From positions 16,295,861 to 16,359,860 of the forward strand of contig NC_081361.1 of the NCBI RefSeq assembly GCF_030684315.1: a stretch of 64,000 nt of DNA, in the 5' to 3' direction. Position 1 is the stretch's first letter. Each line of letters opens with the position of its first letter. This document shows, piece by piece, positions 39,363-52,419 of this stretch. This stretch comes from Stegostoma tigrinum (lineage: Eukaryota). Made by a program: the position numbers and the translations under genes. The notes beneath the pieces are model-generated. The model made no database searches. It was not told the origin of the DNA and was given only the letters and a program-made list of their open reading frames with translations.

Positions 39363-40672
39363 AATCTTATCTGATTGCCTCAACGGTCTGAACTACAAAG
39401 TATATTATTTGCAAATAGACTTTCATTCCCCACCTGGAGTGTACCAAGGATGCAACGTTCTTGTCTCTGCCCATTCTTTGTGACACCCACTTGTTTAACT
39501 AGTAGGAAATTAACATTTATAATGTAAATTTTGGTTCTTCTACAGTTCAAATATTGTATGCACTTTGGGCTCAACTATGGAAAGGACATTAAAGCCACAG
39601 TGTATCTGCAGTGTAGGTTCACCCACTGAATAATGGGGAGAAGCTATAGTTATAAGACTAAACTTGATGTACTGGAGATATTTCTGCACAAGCAAAGAAG
39701 GCAATAGGGATACTTAAATTATGAAGGGTTTCAATGAAGCCAACTGAGAAAGAATGTTAGTTGAAGAATAAGTCACAAGGAATAATACATTTAAATATAT
39801 AGCAATGAACATGAGGAGAAATGGCAGGACAGATCCCGATGCTCACGATTCTGTGAATAGCGTGCTGACCGATCCAATTTAACTGTTTATTAACCCTTCC
39901 AAGTTATGATTATTATATTTCCATATTATGCAGCTTGGGCCATTTTGTTAAAAGAACGTGGTTGAGTTCTTTCTCATAAAATATTTACTACATACAAGTT
40001 AATATTGCAGATCCTCACAATACCATGACATTAACACTAATTCATTATTTATTAGTTTATTATCCTATCTAGAGTTTTACAAATGCATAAATTATTCAAC
40101 AGAAATAAACTTAAATAAAATATGAAGTGAACATTTTCCTTCATGTGTTGGTTAGGACAAAAAGGAAGACCCAAGTAATTGACCACAATTAGTACAAAAG
40201 TGGAGTAATCTTATATTCCGTATCTCTGTTAACCTGGGTCTCACCTGCAATGTAACTCATCTTAAACTGGATAGTATTGTTGCTGAGCATTCAGTCTTCA
40301 GCCTAGTATTAGATACATACAGGCCACATGATCTCAAGGTCATGAATGTGATGAGAAAATTCATGTCAATTTATGGTTGTATAACTCCCCTGCAGTAACT
40401 GGGCTCGAGACATTCTGGGTTCAGATGAAGATGTGTATACCTGAAACAGTAATTCTGTTTCCAATTTCCACCACCCTCTTCCAAATGCTGCCATATTTGT
40501 TAGGTATTTTTAACATTTTCTGTTTGTATTACAGTTTCCCAGTGTTGGCGACAGTTTGTTCTTTGTTCTAATCTGCCATGCAGCATTCGTGGGCACCTTC
40601 AGAATTACAAAGTGAAATTGTCTCTACAGCATAAATGAGATTATAGATTATGGCAGCATACTCTGGCAGCAG

Positions 40673-40799
40673 AGATAATGGGAACTGCAGATGCTGGAGA
40701 ATCCAAGATAACAAAGTGTGGAGCTGGATGAACACAGCAGGCCAAGCAGCATCTTAGGAGCACAAAAGCTGACGTTTCGGGCCTAGACTCTTCATCAGA
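40673..40799 (-). mobile_element. Mini-PLE ending at the HHR, with junction filler
   Basis: TSD TACTCTGGCAGCAG 40659-40672 / 40824-40837. Confidence 0.9.
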
Positions 40800-42143
40800 A
40801 AAAGTGTCTACTCTATAAATGTCTACTCTGGCAGCAGGATGCTTTTTAGGTTTTGCTGAATCTGATTCAGCTCTCAGGTAACATTGTTTAAAGGGGATAA
40901 ATGGACTCAAAGCATCACATGATGTTGTCATTGCCAAGGAAATAACTAGGCTGGGTCTCAGCACAAGAAGACCACTAAAAATGTGCCTTCAAAGGCAGAG
41001 ATGACCACAATATCTATTAGGATTTATCGAACTAAGTTTCAGGTATGGTGTGTAAAGATGGCTGGTAAGCCCAGTTTGATCATTAAAAAAAGCTCCTTTG
41101 CATGTTAGACATGCCTATTGTTAGTATAGAGGATGTGCTTGTTGCTCTGGATTTGCAAGGCTAAACTTTCCTGTTGGCTGATACGTGGCTGTGTTCTGTT
41201 CAGAGGAGAAGGTGCATTTGTGGATAATACTGCACCATGTTGAATATACTGTGTAATGTATTGCTTCTGAAACAACATTGAAACTCTGAAGCTCTTTAGT
41301 GTGGCTTTCAAAGTGTTCTTGAAATATTGACTTTTCCAGGCTTCCTGTGAACCCTTAACTGTAGAGTAATTAACAAGCCAATGAGCATGCGTATAAAGAG
41401 CTACATCATGATGATGCCATGGGTACAGGAGAATTGAGGTGTATTGAAGAAAAGGAGGAGTGATTCTGATTTCATGCTTAACCATTTGAACAAAAGATTA
41501 GTTAGAAAGATATTTACTCCCAACAAGCTCTCTTATGAAGTGCAAGGGGCTCAACATCTTCAAAGATGCCCCAACATAAACTCACGAAAGCAGAGCTCGT
41601 TTGGCAAGTGTTCACCAAGGATTCTGGCAATGTGTCTTCTCCTGCATGGATACCTATACTCACCAGCAATTTTGAAAGTCTATTCTTTGAAAGGAATAGA
41701 AACAACTTGTTGGGATGAGAATTTCTTCACTGACACCACGAATGCACTTTGAACTGCATGGTCTTTGCTTGTTGTCATTCTCCTCTCTTTTGCCTGGTTA
41801 TTTTCCCATCTGTAACAATATTGACTGAAAGCTAACTCCGGTCAGTTCTCCGCTTCCAGCTACATGAGCCATTAACCACAGCGCAGTACATTTATTCTGG
41901 GACATTCACCCTGAGCTCAAGTTACAAATATTGGCATTGTGCATTTCTTGTTTCTCAATACCACGATTTCAAAATGCATCCTGGTCCAGCACACTTTGGC
42001 AGACTCTATCCTACATGACAATATTGGGCTTTATTTGATAAATGCTGTCCCATCAACAGAAATACAATTCTTGGAATCACATAACAGAGTGTAACTGTAT
42101 TGACAGTGATTCATTTTTCTTACTGAAGTGACTGAGCATAGTG

Positions 42144-42145
<2 letters not shown>

Positions 42146-42213
<68 letters not shown>
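42146..42213. repeat. (GT)n microsatellite
   Basis: Directly visible. Confidence 0.98.
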
Positions 42214-42215
<2 letters not shown>

Positions 42216-42778
42216 TTTCTGTAGTAGGGTAAATGCAATGTTATGTTCAACAGTGTATGTGGTAACTACTGAATCTTTTACTGAGACAGGCGTCCTCATC
42301 TTTCCTCCTTTTGACACAACTAGTTTTCACCTGCCAAATAACAATTACAAATGTTTCCTGCCACTAGTATCTTAAAGATATTTTGGAAATCATGCACAAC
42401 AGTTTATAAACAATTTGGGATCACAACAATAAGCCAAAACATTGCAGGAAATGTTTGCAGAGAATCCAATCCTCATTCACTTCAAAGAGCAAATTGGGCT
42501 ACCAAGTTTTCATTTAACAATCAGAATATTAGGAAAGATTTCCATTAACTTTAATTTTGTAATAATTTTTCCAATTACTTTCATGATACCACATTGTAGC
42601 TGAGTGCATTAGTTCAAGAAAAAATATTCTAATGAATTAGAAATTGAAGCATCTAATATGAGCTAGTTTATTACAATGATAATAAAATGCAGCTGATTTT
42701 GTTTTTTTTTCCCGTGAGTTCTTTGTCCAGAGGTAGGATTTTGATTATTCACTGAACCATGACAATGTGTTATGATAC

Positions 42779-43515
42779 AAGCAAAAACTGTGACTGCTGG
42801 AAATATGAAAAAAATCAGAAAATTTTGAAGAAACTCAGCAAATCTGGCTATTTCAGTGGGGAAAGAGAAACACAGTTAATGTTATATGTACAGACAGACT
42901 TTTCTTCAGAATCCCTTTTAAAGGGTGCTTGGAGCAAAGGACAAAGGCAGTGGATAATGGTGATAAAGGAGTGACAATGACGTGAAAGAGGTGTAAATGT
43001 TAACAGTGAAAAGGTGAAAATGGGTCTGCTCTGCTTAGGCCAAAACCGACAAAATGTAAATAAAACAGGGCTGAGGGAAGGTGGGGGATATAAAACAAAT
43101 GGATTACAGAGGTAATTCTCTGAAGCTGCGGGATTCAACATTGTGCTCAAGGGGTTGTCAAGTACCGAAGTGGAAAATCAGTCGCTGTTCCTTCACTTTG
43201 TGTTGAGCTTCAGTGGAGCATTAGAACAGGCCAAGGGCTGAAGTATTAACATGGGAACTAAGACAGATATTGAAGTGGCAAAACAATTGGAATGCTTGGG
43301 TCACTCTTACATGCAGAATGGATGTATTCAACAAAGCAATCACCCCATCTCTGTTTGGTTTCAGTGATGTAGAAGAGGCCGCATTTGTGAGCATTAACAT
43401 AATAGACTAGATTGAAAGGAGTGCAAGTAAGATGCAGTTTCGCCTGGGAGGGGTGTTTGGGACCTTGCTTAATGTGGAGGGAGGAGGTAAACAGGCAGGT
43501 GTTCCACATTTTGCA
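42779..43515 (-). mobile_element. Degenerate PLE 3' part with GIY-YIG remnant
   Basis: ORF 43258-43509 LTCTPFNLVYYVNAHKCGLFYITETKQRWGDCFVEY. Confidence 0.85.
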
Positions 43516-44031
43516 TTATTTTACTATAAGTAGAATGCAGACGCAAGCCTTGATGGTGCACCAGCCAATCATATTATTCACCATATTGACAAGAGATGGA
43601 ACTTGCTCTTAAGGAGAGGCAGTCAGAGTAGCTGAGATCTTAACTCTCTTTTTATGTATGGAGACACAAAATGCAATGACATGTATGATCAGCAAATTGC
43701 ATACTTAGATGTCAGTCTGCATCCTACTATCAATATTTTATGAGTGCATTTAGAAAGCTATTTACAAAAATAAAACAAATTTCCTCATAACAGAAGTAAT
43801 AATTCCCGTATAATTAGCATTAATGCTCCATCTCTTTCTTAACCACTCTTTTGGTGAATGTATTAAAAGGTACAGAGAATAAAAGATTTATTTATAACAT
43901 ATGAACAAACACATTTTATGTATGGATTACAAGTTTGAACAAAATCTTCATAATACAGATGATATCTATATTAGCAATTGCGTTGTTTTATTTGAATCTG
44001 CCAAAAAAAAACTGACCCTAAAAACCCACAT

Positions 44032-44947
44032 TATTGCAAAGTTGGGTAGCATACTTGTGAATTGGAAGGCAGGACATCAGAATTTGGTGTTTGTAAAATG
44101 TTAGTTTTTGTAACATACTATAGAGAAAGCAGCCTGTGGCTCGTTGAGAAGATGATATGCTTTCTCTATGTTTAGTGATTCAAAAAGGATATCTGTGGAT
44201 TTGCAGGTGTATGGAGCACCTGAATTGAAACATTTGGATGAAAAGGCTAAACTGTCAGTAGGCAAAGCAGCATTTTTATCAAGACAACCGGATTTTAGCA
44301 TTTAGCCAATTAATTTAAACCAGGCCCTTAGATGCCAAAAGCCAATTAAATTTAAATCTGATGGTCTTGACGCCTTAGGACAAATCCAGTTGTAAGAAAT
44401 TGACATGCCATCAAGGGTATAAAAGGTGAGCATATTTGGAAACACAGAGGAGAGCCAACTGCCATCTGTCAAGAAAACATCTCTCAGCATTAAGAGAAAG
44501 AATCACTGGCTCTCTCAGAATTCTCTAAACCTTAGGGTGAATTCAATCTAAATTAAATTTGTCTGCAGCACAAGTAATTAATGTTCCTGACAAAAGAATT
44601 TGACGGAGAAGGCATTCCTGACAGAAGGATCCACCAAGAAGATGTTCCTGACAGAAGAATTCTTCAGAGAAGACACAGAACATTCCCGGAAGATGTAACC
44701 TGACTGTGATTTTGAGGGACAACATTTTCTTTTTATTATTTAATATAAGTGGTACTTGTATTTATTGGAACAATATGCCATTAGCATTTTGTTTTATTCA
44801 GGAATAGTTAGTAGTCAGAAGGGGCTTACTTGGTTCATTAGTAATTTAGTCAGCTTGTTCAATGTTAGATTTAGATAAATAAATTATTAGCTGTTGATTA
44901 TAAAGTGAGTGTCACAGGTTTATTATTTTAACCACTCCTTTATAACA
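44032..44947 (+). repeat. 5' LTR
   Basis: t(a)ttgcaaagttgggtag...tttataaca, colinear with 49261-50288; lacks about 110 bp near the 3' end. Confidence 0.9.
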
Positions 44948-44950
44948 GAT

Positions 44951-44971
44951 TGGGGTGCTCAGGTCCATGAT
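44951..44971 (+). promoter_or_regulatory. Primer-binding site, tRNA-Pro-like
   Basis: tggggtgctcaggtccatgat versus canonical TGGGGGCTCGTCCGGGAT, 3 nt after the LTR. Confidence 0.6.
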
Positions 44972-45164
44972 CTGGCCAGCTCATGTCTAGGATCTGAATG
45001 GACCTGAACAGATTTGAACCGATTTGAGAAGATCTGAAGGGATTTAGGAGAGGGAAGAAAGTAGGCTTAGTGAGGGAGACAATGATGATGAGTGAGCCCA
45101 TCACAGCCAAAAGTCTTGTAGGGATATAAACAAATATGTCCAAATAATACCAAAATTCAACAAA

Positions 45165-46170
45165 AAAAAAGATGGAGATGCCTTTTTCATTTCCTTTGAG
45201 AAATTGACCACCCAGATGAACTGACCAGAGACTTTGTGGGTAATGTTAATTCAGAACAAGTCAGTAAGTGGGTCTAGTGAGGTGTCTGCAGCGCCATCAA
45301 TGAAGATTTCAAGGAAAATGCAGATGTTAAAACAGTTCATTTTGAGCCCCTGAAAATTGGTACCAGAAGCATAAAGTCATCAGTTTAGAAATATAAGAAA
45401 GGAAGCAGGTCAGACTTACACTGAATTTGAAAGAATTAAACAGAACCATGTTGATAGATTGTTGATGGCATTAAAGGTAGAAAAGACACATGAGGATCTT
45501 AGAGGGATTATTATGCTAGGGGTGTTTAAAATCTCCCTTCCAGAAATGATCAGAACTCATGCTGAGGAATGGAAAGTTAAAACAGTGAGAAGAGCTGCAG
45601 AGATGGTGGTTGAATACTTATTGGGCATAAATCGAAATCTAGCTTCCGAAGGCAATTTCATTCCATGACGGTTAGAAATTTGGAAAGAAGGAGCTCCTTC
45701 AATGAAATAAAAATGTGGATCACACCGGGAACAGTTTACCACACGTGGAAAAAGACACCCAAGAGGGTGTAAAAAACAAGAAAGACCTCAGGTGTTTTCA
45801 CTGCAGTCTTTTTTTATAGAATCCCTACAGCGTGGAAGCAGACCCTTTGACCCAACAAGTCTACACTGACCCTTGGAGCATCCTACTCAGACCCATCCCC
45901 TTATAACCCACCTAAGCAACACACCCATGAACACTAGGAGCAATTTAGCCAAGTCAATCCACCTAATCTGCACATCTTTGGACTTTGGGTGGAAACTGGA
46001 GCACCCAGAGGAAACCCACACAGAGACAGGGAGAATGTGCAAACTCCGCACTGACAGTTCCCAGAAGGTGAAATTGAACCCAGGTCCCTGTCACTGTGAG
46101 GCAGCAGAATTAACCCCTGAGCCACCTGAATTTGGGACACACAAAGTCACAGTGCCGATGGCTTAATAAA
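45165..46170 (+). pseudogene. gag: gag remnant with CCHC knuckle split by a V-SINE
   Basis: LRCFHC (about 45787-45804) ... GHTKSQC (about 46135-46158); capsid-like LPEMIRTHAEEWKVKTVRRAAEM. Confidence 0.7.
45815..46126 (-). mobile_element. V-SINE inserted in gag
   Basis: gagaatgtgcaaactccgcactgacagt. Confidence 0.88.
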
Positions 46171-46174
46171 ATCA

Positions 46175-47100
46175 CTGTATTACCCGTAGGAGGTCATCGA
46201 GGAGTGAGGAAGACTCAGACTAAGATACAGAGGCATTTCTATTGGCCTGCATTACATAAGGATGTGGTTGAATTTTGCTGTACTTGTCGTACGTGTCAGA
46301 TGGTAGGAAGGCCATGGGAAGTAGCACAACCAGGGCCTTTGATGCCAATTCCTGCATTTGAAGAACCTTTCATGAGGGATTATGATTGATTGTGTATGTT
46401 CCCTCCCTAAAACTAAAACTAGGAGCCAGTATTTGCTAAACATAATGGATGTGTCGACCAGGTTTCTGCTGGCCATTCCATTATGGAATGATTTTCTGCC
46501 AAATTAATGAAAGAGGTCATGGATATTTTAGGCACCAAAAATTTTAAATCTAGTCCATGCCATCCTGACTCCCAGGGAGCATTGGAAAGGTGGCACCAGA
46601 CCCTCAGACAATGCTGAGGGCTTATTGCCAGGATTACCCAAATGATTAGGATAAAGGTATACCATTTATATTATCTCATATTAAAGATACTCCAAATGAA
46701 TCAATTCAGTTTACTCCATTTGGATTGATATTTGGACACGAAGTAACAGGACATTTAAAATTAATTAAGGAAAAGTTGATAGGTCTGAAGTCAGAGATCT
46801 CACAGTTGGATTATGTGCCTGAGGTGACAGAAACATTAAATGGAGTAGATGAGTTAGCCAGACAACATTTCAAGTTAGCACAATGCCTAATGAAGCAGAT
46901 AAGAAATCTAAAGCCTCTGCATTTGCCCATGGCAATAAAGTATTTGTGCTGTTACCAGAGGTAGGAGATCCCTTCAAAGCAAGGTTTAGTGGTCCCTATC
47001 AGATTGAGAAGAAGTTAAGTCAGGTGAATCATCTGGTAAAGTTGTAAGAAAAGTTATTTGTTATGTTATGTGGCCATGCAAAATTCTTACTCTAACAGGG
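46175..47100 (+). pseudogene. pol: Integrase remnant
   Basis: GGHRGVRKTQTKIQRHFYWPALHKDVVEFCCTCRTCQMVG; HPDSQGALERWHQTL; KARFSGPYQI. Confidence 0.88.
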
Positions 47101-47329
47101 AAAGGGAACTGGAGAAACAGGTATTATTTACTGCCATTCAAAGCAAGGAATCAAATTGAGATGATTCAGATTTTGATGTCCCTCAGAATAAATAAATAAC
47201 AAAGAAGACCTTAAAGAATGGTATAAGGTAGTGAGCAATCTGTCCCAGGAAGAGAGAGCTGAATTGTAAGACTTGCTACTTTGCTATGAGGACTCATGTA
47301 GAAATAGAAGGGGGAGGACTAATACCCTA

Positions 47330-49065
47330 GAACATGAGGTTGATGTTAGGCTTGCTGTTCCAGTAAAATAACACTCCTACAGGCTTAATCCTCTCAAAGC
47401 AGTGCAGATTGAGATGGAAGTGATGGCCTAAGAGTATATCATAGAGCTAAGTCAAAGTGTGATATTCACTGATTGTGTAGGTTTCCAAGTCTGATGATGT
47501 TCAGCAGTCTCGCATAGATTATTGGAAGGTCAACGCTGTGACAAAATCAGACTAATTCTCAAATCCAAGGCTGGAGGACTGTGTGGAAAAAGTAGTACAA
47601 GCGATTTGCATCACAAAGTTAGACTTACTTCATGGTTACCGGCAAGAGCCTTTGTCAGAGAGAGCGAAAGAAGTTTCTGCTTTTATAACCCCAAATGGGG
47701 TGTATCAAGATAAAGTAATGCCCTTTGGACTGAAAAACACACCAGCTACTTTTCAAAGATATAGAGATCCTGGTGTTGGATTGGAATGGACAAGGTCAGA
47801 AATCACATTGCAACAGGTAACAGTCCAACAGCTTCATTTGAAAACACAGCTTTTGGAGCCCTACAGAGATAGTGAGAACAGCCGATGCTGGATTCAGAGA
47901 CAAAACAGTGTGGAGCTGGAAGAACACAACAGGCCAGGTAGCACCAGAGGAACAGGAAAGTTAGCTTTTCGGGCTGGGACTCTTCTTCAGAAAATGAAGA
48001 AAAATTGTGAAAATGAAATTTCCTGTAGGGTCGCAAACTGAAATGCCAATTTTCGTGCTCCTCTGATGCTGCCTGGCCTGCTGTGTTCCTCCAGCTCCAC
48101 ACTGTGTTGTCTTTTTCAGAGCTTTACTCCTTCTTTCAAGGGCTTGTGAACAGAGTTGTGGCAGAATTGAGAAATTGTGCAGCCTACATAGATGACTTGG
48201 TGGTCTTTAGCCATTCGTGGAAAGGTCACATGGAGCATTTGGCAAAGCTCTACTCAAAACTACAGAAGGCAATGTTGATCATAAACTTGGCAGAAATAGA
48301 ATTCTCAAAGGCAGGAGTGGTGTTCTTAATGCACAACATTGGGCACTTGTCAGATGACATCAAGGAAAATGAAGACAAAGGCCATGAAGGAATTTCCAAG
48401 ACCATCCTCAAAGACTACACACTGTTTTCCCTGTAGCATTTTACAAACACTAAATTCAAACATCCTGCCTTCCAATCCTCAAGTATGCTATGCATCTATG
48501 CAACACCTCCCCACATAAGAAATTTTTAGGATTGAGCATATTCTGAAGGAAATTTGTACCAAACTTTCGTAGCGTGATGGCACCGTTGATGGATTTGTTA
48601 GAAAAGAACACCAAATTTCAATGAATAGAACAATGCCAGGAGGCATTTGAGAGCTTAAAAGCATTGTTAAGTGCTGCACCTGTTACAGCTAAGCCAAATT
48701 TCTTGAAACCCTCGAAAATCACGATTGCGTAAGCGATATAAATGTTGGAAGTATGTTATCACAGGAGGGTAAGTGAGAAATTGAAAGGCCAATCGATTAG
48801 ATTTCAGAAAAATCTCAATATCCACCAAAAACAATGTTCAACCACTGAAAAAGAGTTATTGAGTTTGGTAATGGCCTTATAACATTTTAATATTTACTTT
48901 GCAAACAATGAGTCGGAGAAAGTTATGTATACCAATCAAATTGCTTTGACATTTCTGGAAAGATTTAAGGACAAGAACAGCATATTATTTCATTGGAGTC
49001 GAATGACACAAGCACTTAATTTATAGACTGAACATGTTGTGGATTATGAAAACGTTATTGCTTTA
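47330..49065 (+). pseudogene. pol: Reverse transcriptase / RNase H remnant
   Basis: ITKLDLLHGYRQ..SAFITPNGVYQDKVMPFGLKNTPATFQ; AAYIDDLVVFS; STTEKELLSLV. Confidence 0.88.
47762..48133 (-). mobile_element. PLE family B 3' end containing a nested family A mini-PLE (47865-48111)
   Basis: agaaatcacattgcaacaggtaacagtccaacagc..gaaaacacagctttt matches 53205-53270; RT frame interrupted at FQ(R)...FQG. Confidence 0.8.
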
Positions 49066-49249
49066 CTGTGGGTTAAAAGAAAAATGTTTCTGTAAACTAG
49101 AAACAGTAGTGTTCAATATTGTATATATGTAGAATTAGTACGAGATTTGCAACTCTAGATTAATGAGATATGGATCTTGTAACATAATGGAGTTAAGGTT
49201 TAAAATAAAATGAAGACATCATTTCATAATGATGGTTCATTTCTTTCTT

Positions 49250-49260
49250 AAGGGGGAAAT
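49250..49260 (+). promoter_or_regulatory. Polypurine tract
   Basis: aagggggaaat immediately before the TG of the 3' LTR. Confidence 0.75.
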
Positions 49261-50288
49261 TGTTGCAAAGTTGGGTAGTGTACTTGTGGATTAGAAGCCA
49301 GGACATTAGAATTTGGCGTTTATAAAGTGTTGGTGTTGGTAAAGTGTTATAGGGAAGGCAGTGCATAATCCCTTTAAAAGATGATGTGCTTTTTCTATGC
49401 TTAGTGATTCAGAAAGGATGTCTTTGAGTTTGGAGGTGCACAGAGAACCTGAATTGAAACATTTGTATGAAAAGGCTTTACTGTCAGCAGGCAAAGCAAC
49501 ATTTTTACCAAGGCAACAGTGTTTTTTTGCATTTAGCCAATTAATTTAAACCAGGCCCTTAGATACGAAAAACCAATTAAATTTAAATCTGATGCCTTTG
49601 ACGACATAGGACCAATTCTATTGTAAGAAATTGATTTTTCATCAAGAATATAAGAGATGAGGGCATTTGAAAACTCAGAGGAGAGCCAACTGCCCTCTGC
49701 CAAGAGAATACTTCTTAATTCTAAAAGAAGGAATCACTGGCTTTCACAGAATTCACCAAGCCTTAGAGTAATCTCCATCTAAATTAAAGGAACCCACGGC
49801 GCAAGTAGTTAACTTTCCTGACAAAAGAATTCAACATAGAAGGCATTCCTGAAAAAAAGGCATTCACTGAGAAGTTCATCCTGACAGAAGAATTGTTCAG
49901 AGAAGGCACAGAACATTCCGGAAGATGAATCCTGGCTGTAATTTCAAAAGGCTAATTTTTTTCATTTTATTTTGTAGAAGTGGGACTCATATTTATTGGA
50001 ACAGTATACCATTAGAATCCTGTTTTATTTGGGAATAGTTAGTAGTTAGAAAATCTTTATTTGGTTTGTTAATTTGAAAAAAAGTTTGTTTGTACACTGT
50101 TAGAGTTAGATAAATAAATTGTTACTTGTTGATTATAAAAGAGAGTGTTGGGGTTTATTTTGTTTAACCACTACAAGTTCCAGAAAATCAGGTTACACCA
50201 TTTTTCACACTTCTTTTTTAATGTGACATTCCTCTCTGGGGGTTTCAGTTTTAGTTGTCAGAAGGGGGTCAACTTCTGTTTTATAACA
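49261..50288 (+). repeat. 3' LTR
   Basis: TGTTGCAAAG...TTATAACA. Confidence 0.9.
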
Positions 50289-51599
50289 ACACAAATTCAG
50301 AAGATAATGTTCCTTGGTAACTGCATTGTCTAATATAGGAGTTTAAGAGAATGAAAACATAAAACATTACATAAAAAAATCAAAACATACCCCTAGGAAT
50401 AGACCCAGTAAATGTAGCAGCATAGTGATAAACAATTGGGAAGGAGGGAATGGTTGTTGGTGTCATTAATATTGAAGCCAGTTCACGTGGCATCAGGTCA
50501 CATATCAGCAAGGTAGCATCCTGTGGATTTCCATGCATCACTCTTCTGCAAATGATGAACCCATCCTCTTCCATGTTGAACATCCTTTAGATGAGAGACT
50601 CAGAGCTGCAACAACACAGAATGTACTCTTGTTTTGGAATCAGTGTCCATTGTCAAGACTGGCTCAGTAGGTGGCCAATGTGGTTGAATTGTGATGGACG
50701 TATCTGTCAGATTGGGCCTGCAATATCTTGTGAGGGGATCAACAGAGGGAAAAATCAACTAAACCTTGGCTTTACCTATCTATTTGTTACGGGAGCAAAG
50801 TACATAGCAGTATTTACAGAAGTGGATGCTACACCATGGAAGACAATGTCTCAATCTCACATTAAGCATACACTCCATTGTGTTAACGGCATAACCACAT
50901 TGCCAAAGTTCATAGGTTTACTAGCGCAAAGTCAAGCATCCATATTTGCACTGCGGGCTACCAGCAGCAGCAGAATTTTATTCAACCACAATGTGCAGTC
51001 TCAAAAATTCATTGCAATGCTAGTCCTTGAACTCCTTTATTTTAGGGCATGCACTTCACTGGTTACTTAATTTGATTCAAAAGTTTCAAAATCATCATAG
51101 TTCAGTCTTGCGAATGACTTTCATTCAGTTCTTGGAATGTTAATAATATATGTGAAGTTAGAAAGCTGAATATGAATCAAATTTTGATTCATGGAATTTG
51201 CCCTTTCACTGGTTTGTTGAATCATTGCCATCTCTGAAATTCTATGAATCAACTCTCCTTAGAGTCCAACATATACTTGGAATGCCCCATACAATTTTTA
51301 TCCTACTTTTCAAAGTACAGCACCTCATGTCTCTGGGTAGAACAGGTTTATCTTTTAGCTTTGGATTGTAATGTGTCTGGATTCAAGAGTGACATATTGC
51401 TGATACCGAATGATGGGGGGAGCAGAAGGAAATTAATGGTAGCTTGCATTCAGAATGGAGACAGCCCTAAGGAGCAAAGGTCTGGAAGTAACTATGAAAA
51501 CCCAACTCAGAAATAAGTGAACAGAAATAAGTGAAACAATTCATCTAAGCCATTGAGACAGAATTTAAGCAGCTCAAGCCTAGATCTATCCTTATGGTA

Positions 51600-52175
51600 T
51601 TTCAAGGGCCATAGCCTGTCAATTTCAAAAAGCTTCATTTATCCCTATTCTTTGCTTCCTCCATGAACTAAACCTCTTTCCAAGCTAATAGATCATTAGT
51701 TCATGACTCTTTATATTACCTACTAACCTTCTGGAAGTTAATTGCTGCTTTGTGGTATCTTATTTCTTTGAAATCCAAGTATACCACATCTCCTGTGTCC
51801 CATTTATCCATCCTATTAATTAAATGCTCAAAAACTCTATCAAAGATTTCACATACAATTTCAGTTTTGTTAAACTATATTAACTCTGCCTAATAACATA
51901 CAATGATATTCTAAGTTCATCGTTAAGACTTCCTTCATAATAGATATCTATACTTTTGTGATGATTGACCGCTAGTTCTCGACTTTATCTTCTTTGTTTT
52001 TGTGAATGACATGTTACACTTGTTAACTTCCAGTCTGCTGGAACTGTTCCAGATCCAAGGGAATTTCAGAAAGTTGTAACCAACAAATCTATTTTCTCTG
52101 CAGATCTCTGCTTTAGACCTCTAGGGTGTAAACTCTAAGGCCCAGGGCATTTACAGGATTGTAGTCCATTGGGCC
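51600..52175 (-). mobile_element. Degenerate CR1 RT fragment
   Basis: ctttgaaatccaagtataccacatc (VVYLDF-type motif on the minus strand). Confidence 0.65.
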
Positions 52176-52419
52176 TCTCCTTTGCTGTTATTGGTCCATT
52201 GGCCACTCTATTGTAGTATGTGGCTCATGTCTTCAACTGTGAAGCCAAACCCACTGGGCAGAGTTTTGTTTGTTTGAGAGTAGATGTGGAAGCAAGCCTA
52301 ACGGTGACAACCAGGTCTTCTCAAGGGTGGGAATAGACTGGATGGGGCCACTGTGTTCTGAGTGCTGAATGAGTGCAACCAATCCGGTCAGTGCACCAGT
52401 GAGCATGTCCTTTCGGTTC

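Larger units (their letters stand above)
44032..50288 (+). mobile_element. Decayed Gmr1-like Ty3/Gypsy LTR retrotransposon (gag - IN - RT - RNase H)
   Basis: Paired LTRs, PBS, PPT, flanks ACAT/ACAC; integrase motifs lie upstream of the RT YIDD motif. Confidence 0.9.

Noticed and set aside
44580-44690. ~30-bp spaced repeats ttcctgaca(a/g)aaga
   Set aside because: Ordinary internal LTR repeats, also present in the 3' LTR; not a CRISPR array.
50591-51070. 159-aa ORF, and similarly 60615-61061
   Set aside because: No recognisable protein features or splice context; cannot be supported as an exon.
51509-51537. Tandem duplication (c)agaaataagtgaa x2
   Set aside because: A simple local duplication with no insert between the copies.
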